From positions 174,381 through 238,380 of the forward strand of contig MHLM01000014.1 in assembly GCA_001821395.1 (NCBI GenBank): a stretch of DNA of 64,000 bases. Reading direction: 5' to 3'. Of this stretch, positions 9,325 through 17,834 are shown piece by piece. The stretch's first letter is position 1; every line of letters starts with the position of its first letter. A program made the position numbers and the translations under genes. This DNA is from Candidatus Lloydbacteria bacterium RIFCSPHIGHO2_02_FULL_50_18. Lineage in GTDB: Bacteria > Patescibacteriota > Minisyncoccia > Phycocordibacterales > UBA6899. A model generated the notes under the pieces. That model ran no database searches. It was not told the DNA's origin and saw only the letters and a list, made by a program, of their open reading frames with translations.

Positions 9325-10525
9325 TACGTTGAAAATTAAAAAAGAATTTCCCCCGATACCGGACGGGGTCTATCTTGATAGTGCGGCGACATCGCTCACA
9401 CCGCTAGCGGTTATGGACGCCGAGCTCGAGTACTACACCGATTTTCGTGCCAATGTGCATCGTGGATTCTTTAAAGAAGCGGTGCGTGCTACCGAGCGGT
9501 ACGAGGAAGTACGAAAGCGAGTCGCCGCATTCATTCATGCGGATCCTGAGGAGATCATATTCACGTCCGGCGCGACCGAGTCCTCCAATATGTTCGTGCG
9601 CATGATCGATGAATCCGCCGTCGTTGCCGGTGAACGGATGGAAATCTTGAGTACGGTGATGGAGCATCATGCCGGTCTTGTGCCCCTCCAGCAATTCGCA
9701 CGGCGACGAGGACTTCCGCTCCGCCTTATCCCGATGAAGGGAGTAGCGCTCGACTATGAAGAGGGCGCGCAAATGATCACCAAGAAGACCGCACTCCTCT
9801 CCGTTATGCTCGCGTCAAACGTGTCCGGTGCCATCAATGATGTGCATCTCCTTGCCGGCCTTGCGCATCGTGAGGGAGCGATCGTGGTCGTTGATGCGAC
9901 CGCGGCGGCGGGACATATTCCCATCGATGTGCAGCAACTTGGGTGCGATGCACTTTATTTTTCCGGTCACAAGATGTTCGCACCGACCGGAGTGGGCGTG
10001 CTTTTTGTGAAGCGGGAACTTCTCGAAAAACTTTCACCATCAGTGTTCGGAGGACATATGATATCGCACGTAGGGGAACAGGTATCGGAATGGGCCGAAA
10101 TTCCATCCCGTTTTGAAGCGGGAACCAAGAACATCGCCGGAGTAATCGGGCTTGGTGCCGCGATCGACTTTCTCGAAAGGCACGATGTGAATGAGATCCA
10201 TGGGCATGTAAAAGAATTGGTTACCTATGCCGTAATCGAGCTGGAAAAGATCCCCGGTGTCACGGTGATAGCGGAGAAGGATCCTGAGAAGAATATCGGT
10301 ATCGTGAGTTTTGTATGTGCATGGGCACATCCGCACGATGTCGCTGAGATCCTTGCGCGCGACAACGTCGCAGTACGTCCCGGCCACCACTGTGCGATAT
10401 TGCTTCATGCGGCACTCCGAATTCCCGCAAGCACGCGTGCAAGTTTTCATCTTTATAATTCGAAGAACGATGTCGATATGCTTGTCGAGAGTGTAAAGAA
10501 AGCATGCGCGATATTTACTCAATGA
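9314..10525 (+). CDS. sufS: cysteine desulfurase SufS (class V aminotransferase)
   Basis: 403 aa. PLP-lysine motif 'SGHKMFAPTGVGVLF'. Start overlaps the sufD stop. Confidence 0.85.
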   Translation: MPLDTLKIKKEFPPIPDGVYLDSAATSLTPLAVMDAELEYYTDFRANVHRGFFKEAVRATERYEEVRKRVAAFIHADPEEIIFTSGATESSNMFVRMIDESAVVAGERMEILSTVMEHHAGLVPLQQFARRRGLPLRLIPMKGVALDYEEGAQMITKKTALLSVMLASNVSGAINDVHLLAGLAHREGAIVVVDATAAAGHIPIDVQQLGCDALYFSGHKMFAPTGVGVLFVKRELLEKLSPSVFGGHMISHVGEQVSEWAEIPSRFEAGTKNIAGVIGLGAAIDFLERHDVNEIHGHVKELVTYAVIELEKIPGVTVIAEKDPEKNIGIVSFVCAWAHPHDVAEILARDNVAVRPGHHCAILLHAALRIPASTRASFHLYNSKNDVDMLVESVKKACAIFTQ

Positions 10526-10535
10526 TGTTGCTTAT

Positions 10536-10829
10536 ATGAAATTCCTTTTACATGCGGTAGTGCGAATGGTCGTCCTGGGTAGTTTCATCATCTTGGTTGC
10601 TTTCGGTCTTTTTCAACATCCGACGTTCGCTCAAAAGATCGGAGCTGCAGGAGTTATTTTTGTCTTCAATAGCTTTGCGGTCTATTTAAGTATAAAGGAA
10701 GTCGATTGGAAGAATGTTCGACTTACGTCATCGTTGCCGCCCATCATTGTCATTGCAATCGTGCCGTTTTGCGTCATGATCGTATCCGGTCTCGGGTTGA
10801 TCTTTATTATCTGGAAGAATTATTTTTAA
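10536..10829 (+). CDS. small hypothetical membrane protein
   Basis: 97 aa with three hydrophobic helices, packed between sufS and sufU. Confidence 0.45.
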   Translation: MKFLLHAVVRMVVLGSFIILVAFGLFQHPTFAQKIGAAGVIFVFNSFAVYLSIKEVDWKNVRLTSSLPPIIVIAIVPFCVMIVSGLGLIFIIWKNYF

Positions 10830-10832
10830 GCT

Positions 10833-11207
10833 ATGGATCCGCTTTACCAAGAACATATTCTCGAACATTACAAACATCCGCACAACAGGGGTTTGATGGA
10901 GGGTTTTGATGTGAAGAAAAAAGGAGAGAACATTTCGTGCGGCGACGATCTTACGCTGTATCTGAAATGGAACCTGGCTGCGCAGGCAGGCGGAGATACG
11001 CTTTTAGATATTTCCTTTGAGGGTTTCGGTTGTGCGATATCGCAATCGGGCGCATCGATGCTTACGGATAAGGTGAAGGGGATGATGCGGGCTGATATCG
11101 CGAAACTCACGGAAAAGGATATGTATGAGCTCTACGGCACAGTCATTTCCCCGCAGCGTGAAAAGTGCGCACTGCTCGCTCTGTCTACGCTTCATTCGGC
11201 GCTTTAG
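10833..11207 (+). CDS. sufU: Fe-S cluster scaffold SufU (NifU N-terminal-like)
   Basis: 'LYQEHILEHYKHPHNRG', 'ISCGDD' and 'GCAISQSGASM' are IscU/SufU signatures. Confidence 0.85.
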   Translation: MDPLYQEHILEHYKHPHNRGLMEGFDVKKKGENISCGDDLTLYLKWNLAAQAGGDTLLDISFEGFGCAISQSGASMLTDKVKGMMRADIAKLTEKDMYELYGTVISPQREKCALLALSTLHSAL

Positions 11208-11210
11208 TAA

Positions 11211-11240
11211 TAAAAACCCGCCTTATGCGGCGGGTATGTG
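11211..11240. terminator. bidirectional terminator between the convergent sufU and minus-strand genes
   Basis: Stem cccgcc/ggcggg with loop ttatgc. Confidence 0.5.
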
Positions 11241-11867
11241 TCGTTGCTCAATGCGTTTGAGGAGTTGCTGGAGCACGCGCATTTCCTCGGTAATCGCACA
11301 ACCTTTTGGCCATCCGGTGAGTGTGTATGCTTGTATCTCGTCGAGAAGTACTGTTTTTGAATAGCGCTCCAATATCCATGATCGTAATTCAGCAATAGGG
11401 AAACATGCGATGATCTCGATCATGGCATTGTGATACTCTCTGTTGAGTGCAAACAACGCATGTCGGTACTCATGTTCAAAGTATGCTTTCGCGCCACGTT
11501 TGTTTCCGATGAGGTAAAATTGATCCTCATGAAATGCTCCCTGTTTTGTTAATTCATCAAAGAGCCACAACTCTTTCGCTGAGTGTCCGGTAAAGGTTTC
11601 GCAGACCGCGCGTACCGCCACCTCTGGAACATTGAATGCCGACCAATCAGATGCATAGGTGAATGCGCCGTAGGGCTTTTTTGTTTTTGAATATTCCCGC
11701 ACATACCAGTCCATATACGTTTCAAGAGAAAAGACTTTTCCTTGAAATAGCGGATTCGGACTTTCGTAATATTCTTCGATCCGCAGGAACGTCATCGCCA
11801 GATCCCATCGGTCATCAGATTCGACATGCCAAATGGGGTAGTTGGGAAGTTTTCGTATAGTGAGCAT
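11223..11867 (-). CDS. hypothetical protein with HExxH motif (HEYRH)
   Basis: Start at internal ATG (MLTIRKLPNYP...) preceded by an AGGGA RBS. 'YFEHEYRHALF' is a possible zincin-like motif. No family recognised. Confidence 0.5.
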   Translation of the reverse strand: MLTIRKLPNYPIWHVESDDRWDLAMTFLRIEEYYESPNPLFQGKVFSLETYMDWYVREYSKTKKPYGAFTYASDWSAFNVPEVAVRAVCETFTGHSAKELWLFDELTKQGAFHEDQFYLIGNKRGAKAYFEHEYRHALFALNREYHNAMIEIIACFPIAELRSWILERYSKTVLLDEIQAYTLTGWPKGCAITEEMRVLQQLLKRIEQRHIPAA

Positions 11868-12036
11868 CAGTATCCCTAAGGAAAGGAATCTGTGTCCAAT
11901 ATTGCATGGAGCAGCCGCTTCTGCAAGGAGACGATCTTTGTTTCCAGTGCGCTTCTTTTGCGTACAAAAACTCATTGTTTTTCTCGGGTTCCTGTGCTAA
12001 ACCGAAGGGAGATTCTTTGAGTATTGGAGGACAATT

Positions 12037-13650
12037 ATGGATCAAAAAAATATCGTGGTCATTGGTGGCGGGCATAACGGACTCGTCGCGGCGGCATATC
12101 TGGCGAAAGCAGGACACAACGTGACCGTGCTTGAGTCTCGACGGGTGGTCGGGGGTGCGGCATCAACAGATACAACAACATTTCCGGGATATAAAATATC
12201 GACCGCATCATATCTGAATAGTCTGTTTTTGCCGGAGGTCATCGCAGACCTTGAGCTTGAGCGCTTTGGGTACGAGATGCTTCCCCGAGAACCTTCTTCG
12301 TTCACACCTCTTCCGTGTGGTACGAAGTCGCTGCTCATGGGTAGCGACATGGAGTACAACCAGATGCAGATCGAGCAATTCTCAGCGCATGATGCGGTAG
12401 CGTATCAGCGTTACGAGCATGAGCTTGGTGAGATCGCCGCATGGATGTCACAGATGATGACGATGACCCCGCCGAATATTCCGCCGCGCAATATGCGTGA
12501 TGTGAAAAATATTCTGAAGGTCGCGCGTCATGGACTGCGTTTAACGCCCGTGCAAATGTATCGAATGGGAAAATTGCTTTTGAGCGATCCCGTCGAATAT
12601 TTGAACGAATGGTTCGAGTCGGATGTATTGAAGGCGACCTTGCTCACCGATGCCTTGATCGGTGCGACAGCATTGAACGGTTACGTTCTTTTGCATCATG
12701 TGATGGGTGAAGCCGGCAGTGCACGCGGAGTATGGGGATATATGCGTGGAGGCATGGGCGGCATATCGGAAGCGCTCGCCAAGGCCTGTACTGAATTTGG
12801 AGCGGAGGTCATACTCAATGCTGAGGCAGACCGAATAATTGCTCGGAATGGCCGTGTGATCGCTGTGTTGGCGATGGCAAAAGATCTCGAAGGACGCCAC
12901 GCCCCGATGTGGAAATACGTTTATGCGGACATTGTCATTTCCGCGGTTGATCCGACGATCACATTTGCGAAACTATTGAGGTCATCACACCTCGTGGATG
13001 GTGTCCGCAAAAAAGTCGTTGCACGTGATACAAAAAGTGCTTCGATGAAGATCAATCTGACGCTCTCCGGTCTTCCTGATTTTCGTGCGAAACCGGGCGT
13101 CACTCCCGGACCGCAGCATAAGGGGACGGTGCATATTGCTCCCTCGGTGGCGCATATCCTTGATGCATTAGAGGACCTGAAGAAGGGCTGCCCATCCTCT
13201 CGTCCGATTCTTGAGCTCACGATACCAAGTGTGGTCGATGACACATTGGCGCCACCAGGATGCCATGTGATGAACATCTTCCTGCAGTTCGTTCCATACA
13301 AACATCCGTTCGGAGACTGGCAAAAAGAGAAGGATGGATACTTTCAAAATGTCGTCCTTCCGCTCCTGCGCGAGTACATCACGAACATTGATGCGATCGT
13401 CACAGGGGTCCAGATATTCACTCCGGAGGATATCGAGCGCGAGTTCGGTATGGTTGGAGGAAATATCTTCAGCGGCGGCATGGGGCTTTCGCAATTGTTC
13501 TCCGGTCGGCCCATCAGGGGTATGGCGGATTATCGGACTCCGATCAAGGGTCTCTATCTCTCCGGTGCGGGAACGCATCCGGGTGGGGGAGTGACCGGCG
13601 CTTGCGGGTACAATGCCGCACGTGAAGTCCTTGCTGATATTGGCTTGTAG
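12037..13650 (+). CDS. FAD-dependent oxidoreductase, phytoene desaturase (CrtI)-like family
   Basis: 537 aa. N-terminal Rossmann 'IVVIGGGHNGLVAAAYLAKAGHNVTVLESRRVVGG' and a C-terminal amine-oxidase-like domain. Confidence 0.8.
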   Translation: MDQKNIVVIGGGHNGLVAAAYLAKAGHNVTVLESRRVVGGAASTDTTTFPGYKISTASYLNSLFLPEVIADLELERFGYEMLPREPSSFTPLPCGTKSLLMGSDMEYNQMQIEQFSAHDAVAYQRYEHELGEIAAWMSQMMTMTPPNIPPRNMRDVKNILKVARHGLRLTPVQMYRMGKLLLSDPVEYLNEWFESDVLKATLLTDALIGATALNGYVLLHHVMGEAGSARGVWGYMRGGMGGISEALAKACTEFGAEVILNAEADRIIARNGRVIAVLAMAKDLEGRHAPMWKYVYADIVISAVDPTITFAKLLRSSHLVDGVRKKVVARDTKSASMKINLTLSGLPDFRAKPGVTPGPQHKGTVHIAPSVAHILDALEDLKKGCPSSRPILELTIPSVVDDTLAPPGCHVMNIFLQFVPYKHPFGDWQKEKDGYFQNVVLPLLREYITNIDAIVTGVQIFTPEDIEREFGMVGGNIFSGGMGLSQLFSGRPIRGMADYRTPIKGLYLSGAGTHPGGGVTGACGYNAAREVLADIGL

Positions 13651-13658
13651 GTTTGATA

Positions 13659-13686
13659 AGATGCATCTTCCGATGCATCTTTTTTG
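13659..13686 (+). terminator. intrinsic terminator
   Basis: Perfect 9-bp stem agatgcatc/gatgcatct with loop ttcc, then TTTTTTG. Confidence 0.7.
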
Positions 13687-13729
13687 TTGCCTTTTTTCGG
13701 ATTTTAGTGTCTAATACACAAACAAATAT

Positions 13730-14464
13730 ATGAGCGAACTGACCATCAACAATGTCACGGTGCGAACGAGCGATAAGATCGTCGTTGACGGTGCATCGCT
13801 TACGATCAAAAGCGGAGAGATCCATGTGCTGATGGGGCCGAACGGATCGGGGAAATCGTCTCTCCTCAACGCCATCATGGGACATCCGAAATATGAAATT
13901 AGGGGCGGCTCGGTGATGCTCGACGGAGAAGATATCACGACACTTGCCACGGAAAAGAAGGCGCGTGCGGGGATATTCCTTTCGCTCCAGCATTTGCCCG
14001 AGATTGCGGGTGTGACGCTCACGAATTTTCTTTTCCGCGCACACAAAAGCATGAAGCCAGAAAGCGAGGTCACGCCGCTTGAATTTTTTAAACTGATGGA
14101 GGCAAAGGCAAAAGAGTTTGGGATCGATCCGTCGTATCTGCGCAAACATTTGAATGCCGGACTTTCGGGAGGTGAGAAGAAACAATCCGAAGTGCTCCAA
14201 CTCCTTGCGCTCGAACCCAAATTCGCACTCTTGGATGAGATCGACTCCGGGGTTGATATTGATGCCTTGAAGCGAGTCTTTGCGGTCATTAGCGCGCTCC
14301 GTGATCGTGGGATGGGATTTCTGCTCGTGACCCACTACAGCAAGCTTTTGGAACACATTACTCCTGATGCGGTCACCGTCATCAAGGAGGGAAGAGTTGT
14401 CGCATCGGGTAAGGGTGAGCTTGTCGAGAAGATCGCGAAAGAGGGATTTGAATCCCTCATCTGA
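13730..14464 (+). CDS. sufC: Fe-S cluster assembly ATPase SufC
   Basis: Walker A 'GPNGSGKSSL'. 'HPKYEIRGGSVMLDGEDI' and 'LSGGEKKQSEVLQL' are typical SufC. Confidence 0.9.
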   Translation: MSELTINNVTVRTSDKIVVDGASLTIKSGEIHVLMGPNGSGKSSLLNAIMGHPKYEIRGGSVMLDGEDITTLATEKKARAGIFLSLQHLPEIAGVTLTNFLFRAHKSMKPESEVTPLEFFKLMEAKAKEFGIDPSYLRKHLNAGLSGGEKKQSEVLQLLALEPKFALLDEIDSGVDIDALKRVFAVISALRDRGMGFLLVTHYSKLLEHITPDAVTVIKEGRVVASGKGELVEKIAKEGFESLI

Positions 14465-14466
14465 CC

Positions 14467-14748
14467 ATGCTTACGAAAGATGACATCATTAAGGCGCTCA
14501 AGACCGTCGAAGATCCCGAAATACATATTGATGTGTATACACTTGGACTTATCTACAATATCGACATCAATGATGCGGGGATAGACATCTTGATGACGCT
14601 CACGACGCCTTTTTGTCCGTATGGCAATCAGATCGTGCAGGCCGTCGAGAAAGCACTCAAGCCATTCGGACTTGAGGTACGCGTTGAGATCACGTTTGAG
14701 CCCGAGTGGGTTCCACCTGAGGATGTAAGAATAGCCCTGGGGATATAA
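14467..14748 (+). CDS. DUF59/MIP18-family Fe-S assembly protein (SufT-like)
   Basis: 93 aa. 'VEDPEIHIDVYTLGLIY' and 'TLTTPFCPY' are hallmarks of PF01883. Confidence 0.8.
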   Translation: MLTKDDIIKALKTVEDPEIHIDVYTLGLIYNIDINDAGIDILMTLTTPFCPYGNQIVQAVEKALKPFGLEVRVEITFEPEWVPPEDVRIALGI

Positions 14749-14821
14749 TAATTTGACAAAAGCATAAAAAGAAGTCTAACTAGTACTAGAAGTTGTACTC
14801 GTTGACGATGATGTGAATTTG

Positions 14822-14864
14822 CCATAGCCAAAAGTCCTTTGATGAGCTCAGGATTTCTGGCTGT
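14822..14864 (+). repeat. 43-nt conserved hairpin element, copy A (upstream of the 14921 gene)
   Basis: 'catagccaaaagtcctttgatgagctcaggatttctggctgtg' is identical to 15706-15748. It folds as a roughly 17-bp stem with a 13-nt loop. Confidence 0.8.
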
Positions 14865-14920
14865 GGCAAATCTCAATTCCGAGAAACCAGAGCAGTGCGA
14901 CCTCATTTGAGGGAGCAATT

Positions 14921-15529
14921 TTGAAAAGGAGACCCATCATGGGGAAACTTATCACAGAGACACCGTACTCGGAGATTACTGCAACGATGGAGTTGCTCGA
15001 TTCTTTTGGTGTGTCACGGGAAGATCTGACTCGGTTCAGGAAGGCTTCGTGGGAATTGAAGACGAGGGTGGCTGGCCTCATCATCCATGGCGTCTCTCAC
15101 AGCGCCACAATATCCGTCGACTACAATATGCCTCTCAAGGCAATGATTGTCTCCGGGCTTTACGATTGGGTGAACAAGAATATCACTGAAGAACACTTCC
15201 CGATTGCGGAAAGTGGAGTGGCAAATATCACGGTTGAGCTGGTGCAGTTTGGTCGAAAGATTTTATTCGATGATGCCGTCGCCGAATTGCGTCGTCGCGA
15301 TTTACGCCCCGCAACCCTGGCCGAGCTCCTTGCGTTCGGTAATGCGTTCCCCATGGAGCAGTGTAGGTACCCTATTGTGGCGCTTGGCTCCGATGCGATC
15401 GTCGACCGCCTTCGGTACGTCGCATTTATCAGCAAAGAGGGTTCGGATCGGGTTCTCGACCTCGAGTCTACGTTCGGTTATTTTTTTGGCAACGCTCGTT
15501 TTCTTGCCGTGTGCAACAAAGATCTATGA
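14921..15529 (+). CDS. hypothetical protein, paralog A of the tandem cassette pair
   Basis: 202 aa. Shares faint motifs with the 15820 protein ('YDWVNK' vs 'YPDWVKQ'; C-terminal 'VLDLES...ARF' vs 'RLDLHW...AARF'). Confidence 0.5.
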   Translation: MKRRPIMGKLITETPYSEITATMELLDSFGVSREDLTRFRKASWELKTRVAGLIIHGVSHSATISVDYNMPLKAMIVSGLYDWVNKNITEEHFPIAESGVANITVELVQFGRKILFDDAVAELRRRDLRPATLAELLAFGNAFPMEQCRYPIVALGSDAIVDRLRYVAFISKEGSDRVLDLESTFGYFFGNARFLAVCNKDL

Positions 15530-15569
15530 TCCTCGTTTCTCGGGTCTACTTTGTAACCTATTGACCGTC

Positions 15570-15612
15570 AATATCGTCCCGCGCATGTATGCAAATACAG
15601 CGCGGGACTTTT
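15570..15612 (+). terminator. conserved GNRA-tetraloop terminator, copy 1
   Basis: 'cccgcgc a tgtat GCAA ataca gcgcggg' then acttttaaatt; about 40 nt nearly identical to 16468-16511. Confidence 0.65.
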
Positions 15613-15705
15613 AAATTGACAAAAGTGCCACTTGGATTAGGTTGAAGGTATTGTTCTTGGTTTTTTAATGCAGGCGTGCATTCCTGTATGGGGTAGGTCG
15701 GTGGT

Positions 15706-15748
15706 CATAGCCAAAAGTCCTTTGATGAGCTCAGGATTTCTGGCTGTG
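15706..15748 (+). repeat. 43-nt conserved hairpin element, copy B (upstream of the 15820 gene)
   Basis: Identical 43-mer. Flanking bases extend the stem with a compensatory change relative to copy A (C-G in A, T-A in B). Confidence 0.8.
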
Positions 15749-15819
15749 ACCAACGTAGGCCACAGCTCCACCTCGGATGAGAGGAAAATCTACGCACAAT
15801 TGAGTGCAAGGAGAATGAT

Positions 15820-16419
15820 ATGATTAGAGAAAGATTGGCGATCGCTGATGTCACTGGTGGGCAATTGAATGCCATCGTCAAAAAGATCAAAAAAGCTGGC
15901 GGAGTTGATGGCGTCCAACGCTTCTTGTCCGACGAACTCATCGTCACCGCAAAGGAAGACACCATCATCCGCATCACGCGTCCGGTCAAACCGACCTACC
16001 CCGACTGGGTGAAACAGGTGATGCACCCAGAACTAGAAGACGTGGGTCCAGGCGAGTACGATCTCGCTTCCATCGACCTATGGCTCGATGAGCGACAGAT
16101 GAAGAGTAGTGACTACATGAGACAGATGGGGCGGGTCTACGGAAGCGTTATCTACGAAGATTTCAAACACAACGACAGACTTAAAACCTGTCTCGGCCTC
16201 CGAGATGCCGAGGAGATCCAAAAGAAGGGCCCCGCCGTTTTCCGCCGATGCTTCGGCAAGAAAGCGTTGTGCTTTTGGAAGTCGGTTGTCTGCAGCACGG
16301 ATCTTAATCTCCACGTCCCGTGTATCTACGTGTTAAATGATGATGTGGTGATAAGTTGGTACCGGCTCGACCTTCACTGGTCGAGCGACGACAACCTTGC
16401 GGCGCGTTTCACAAGTTAG
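15820..16419 (+). CDS. hypothetical protein, paralog B of the tandem cassette pair
   Basis: 199 aa. Good RBS (AAGGAGAAtgat-ATG). Confidence 0.5.
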   Translation: MIRERLAIADVTGGQLNAIVKKIKKAGGVDGVQRFLSDELIVTAKEDTIIRITRPVKPTYPDWVKQVMHPELEDVGPGEYDLASIDLWLDERQMKSSDYMRQMGRVYGSVIYEDFKHNDRLKTCLGLRDAEEIQKKGPAVFRRCFGKKALCFWKSVVCSTDLNLHVPCIYVLNDDVVISWYRLDLHWSSDDNLAARFTS

Positions 16420-16467
16420 TTCTTTGGGTTCGGTCACTATGTCTTTGTGATATTCTGACCCTCGATA

Positions 16468-16511
16468 TCGCCCCGCGCATGTATGCAAATACACCGCGGG
16501 GCTTTTTGTTT
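16468..16511 (+). terminator. conserved GNRA-tetraloop terminator, copy 2
   Basis: 'ccccgcgc a tgtat GCAA ataca ccgcgggg' then ctttttgttttt. Confidence 0.65.
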
Positions 16512-16537
16512 TTACCCCCCATGATTCATTTTTGGGA

Positions 16538-16572
16538 TAAAAAATCTCCGCGATCGCGGAGATATTTTAATT
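16538..16572. terminator. bidirectional terminator
   Basis: Perfect palindrome atctccgcg-atc-gcggagat, flanked by A-runs and T-runs on both strands. Confidence 0.6.
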
Positions 16573-16586
16573 TATAGAATTCCTTG

Positions 16587-17369
16587 CTACTTCGCCGAAG
16601 GGGCGGCGATAATACCATCAAGCAAAGATTTCACATTTTCGAACGGATAGGCTCCGTTCATTGATACCTGCTTTCCGGTCTTCCTGTTCCAGATGATCGA
16701 GTAGGGGGTTCCGCGAACGCCGACGCTCGCGCCGTTCTCAAAATCACGCTGTACGCGAGGAGCATATTTCCCGCTACTCAAACAGGTGGTGAACTTTGCA
16801 ACATCGACTCCGACCATGCCGGCGATCTGTGGAAGCATTGTAGCGTCAAGTCCATTGTTACCAGGGGTGATCTCGAATATCTTATCAGCGTATTTCCAGA
16901 ATGCATCATTACCGCCGAGTTCATTTGCGCATTCAAGCGCCTCAGCTTCTTTGCGAGCTTTCGGATGCATATCGAGCGGGAAGTGACGATACACCCATGC
17001 GACCTGTCCTGATGTACCATATTCCCCGGCGACGAGAAGCATCGTCTCATGGAGTCGCTTGCAGAATGGGCATTCGGTATCCGAATATTCGATGACCACA
17101 ACATCAGCATCGGGGTTTCCAAGAATGTGGTCGTCGTTCGTGAGCTTAAGCAGGTTGACGTCGACATTGGCGACCGGGGCGTCTGCTGCGGGTGGGGGTA
17201 CCCCGCCGGCGGCTAGTGTTGGTGTTCCTACTGCGGTCTTATTCGAAAAAATGATCGAACCCGCAATGAGTATTCCGGCAAAAACGATCGCGATAGGTAT
17301 GTTGAGACTGTCATCTCTCTTGGTGTGGGTAACATGATGCGTGGCCGGCGTTTGATTTTCTTTTTCCAT
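16587..17369 (-). CDS. DsbA-family thiol:disulfide oxidoreductase, membrane-anchored
   Basis: 260 aa with N-terminal TM, 'CPFC' active site and 'GVRGTPYSII' cis-Pro region. Confidence 0.8.
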   Translation of the reverse strand: MEKENQTPATHHVTHTKRDDSLNIPIAIVFAGILIAGSIIFSNKTAVGTPTLAAGGVPPPAADAPVANVDVNLLKLTNDDHILGNPDADVVVIEYSDTECPFCKRLHETMLLVAGEYGTSGQVAWVYRHFPLDMHPKARKEAEALECANELGGNDAFWKYADKIFEITPGNNGLDATMLPQIAGMVGVDVAKFTTCLSSGKYAPRVQRDFENGASVGVRGTPYSIIWNRKTGKQVSMNGAYPFENVKSLLDGIIAAPSAK

Positions 17370-17499
17370 AAATTTGGCGTATGTGAATAAGCGCTTAAGG
17401 TTTGTATTGCGAGTATAACATGACAGGGTTATTCACATGAGTTGACAAAAGTGTCTTATCGTGAATAATTATTGCAGGTCTACCAAAAGGAGCATCGTT

Positions 17500-17709
17500 G
17501 TGAGCATTCTTACGTTCATCGAAGAGGCTGTCCGTCGTATGGAGCAAACGGGAGAAGAGTTTTGCGTATCATGCGGGCGTGGCATGGGATTTTCCGCAAT
17601 GAATACACATGTCGACCATCCCGTACGATATGAGAATGGCGCCCGCTATGTTGAGGGTAGTGGCCAAGTTTGTGGCGATTGCGCTGCAAAAGAAGACGCA
17701 AAGAAGTAA
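17500..17709 (+). CDS. small zinc-ribbon protein (two CxxC pairs)
   Basis: GTG start 7 nt after an AAAGGAG RBS. 'CVSCGRG...CGDC'. Followed by a terminator. Confidence 0.45.
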   Translation: MSILTFIEEAVRRMEQTGEEFCVSCGRGMGFSAMNTHVDHPVRYENGARYVEGSGQVCGDCAAKEDAKK

Positions 17710-17721
17710 TCGGCTCGAGAA

Positions 17722-17746
17722 AACCGCATTGATGCGGTTTTTTTAT
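17722..17746 (+). terminator. intrinsic terminator
   Basis: Stem aaccgcat/atgcggtt then TTTTTTT. Confidence 0.7.
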
Positions 17747-17834
17747 ACGGAAGTATTGCCGTTGGGCTGTCCAGTAAAATGTGTTCAGTCGACGAGTAGT
17801 TGATTTTATGTCGTAATGGTATTAGTATGCAGGA

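Noticed and set aside
10040-10522. 160-aa minus-strand ORF (and several others) antisense inside sufS, sufB and sufD
   Set aside because: They lie fully inside well-supported conserved genes on the opposite strand. No RBS and no family similarity. Typical GC-rich antisense ORFs.
14835-14860. Possible hammerhead ribozyme, because of 'cuuugaugagcuca' (CUGAUGA-like) inside the 43-nt repeat
   Set aside because: No GAAA box, no three-stem junction and no cleavage-site context. The sequence is better explained as the loop of a simple long hairpin.
15204-15614. ORFs 15204-15614 and 16356-16577 encoding '...PRMYANTARDF' / '...PRMYANTPRGF'
   Set aside because: They are translations across the conserved terminator hairpin repeat. 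They overlap real genes and lack RBS.
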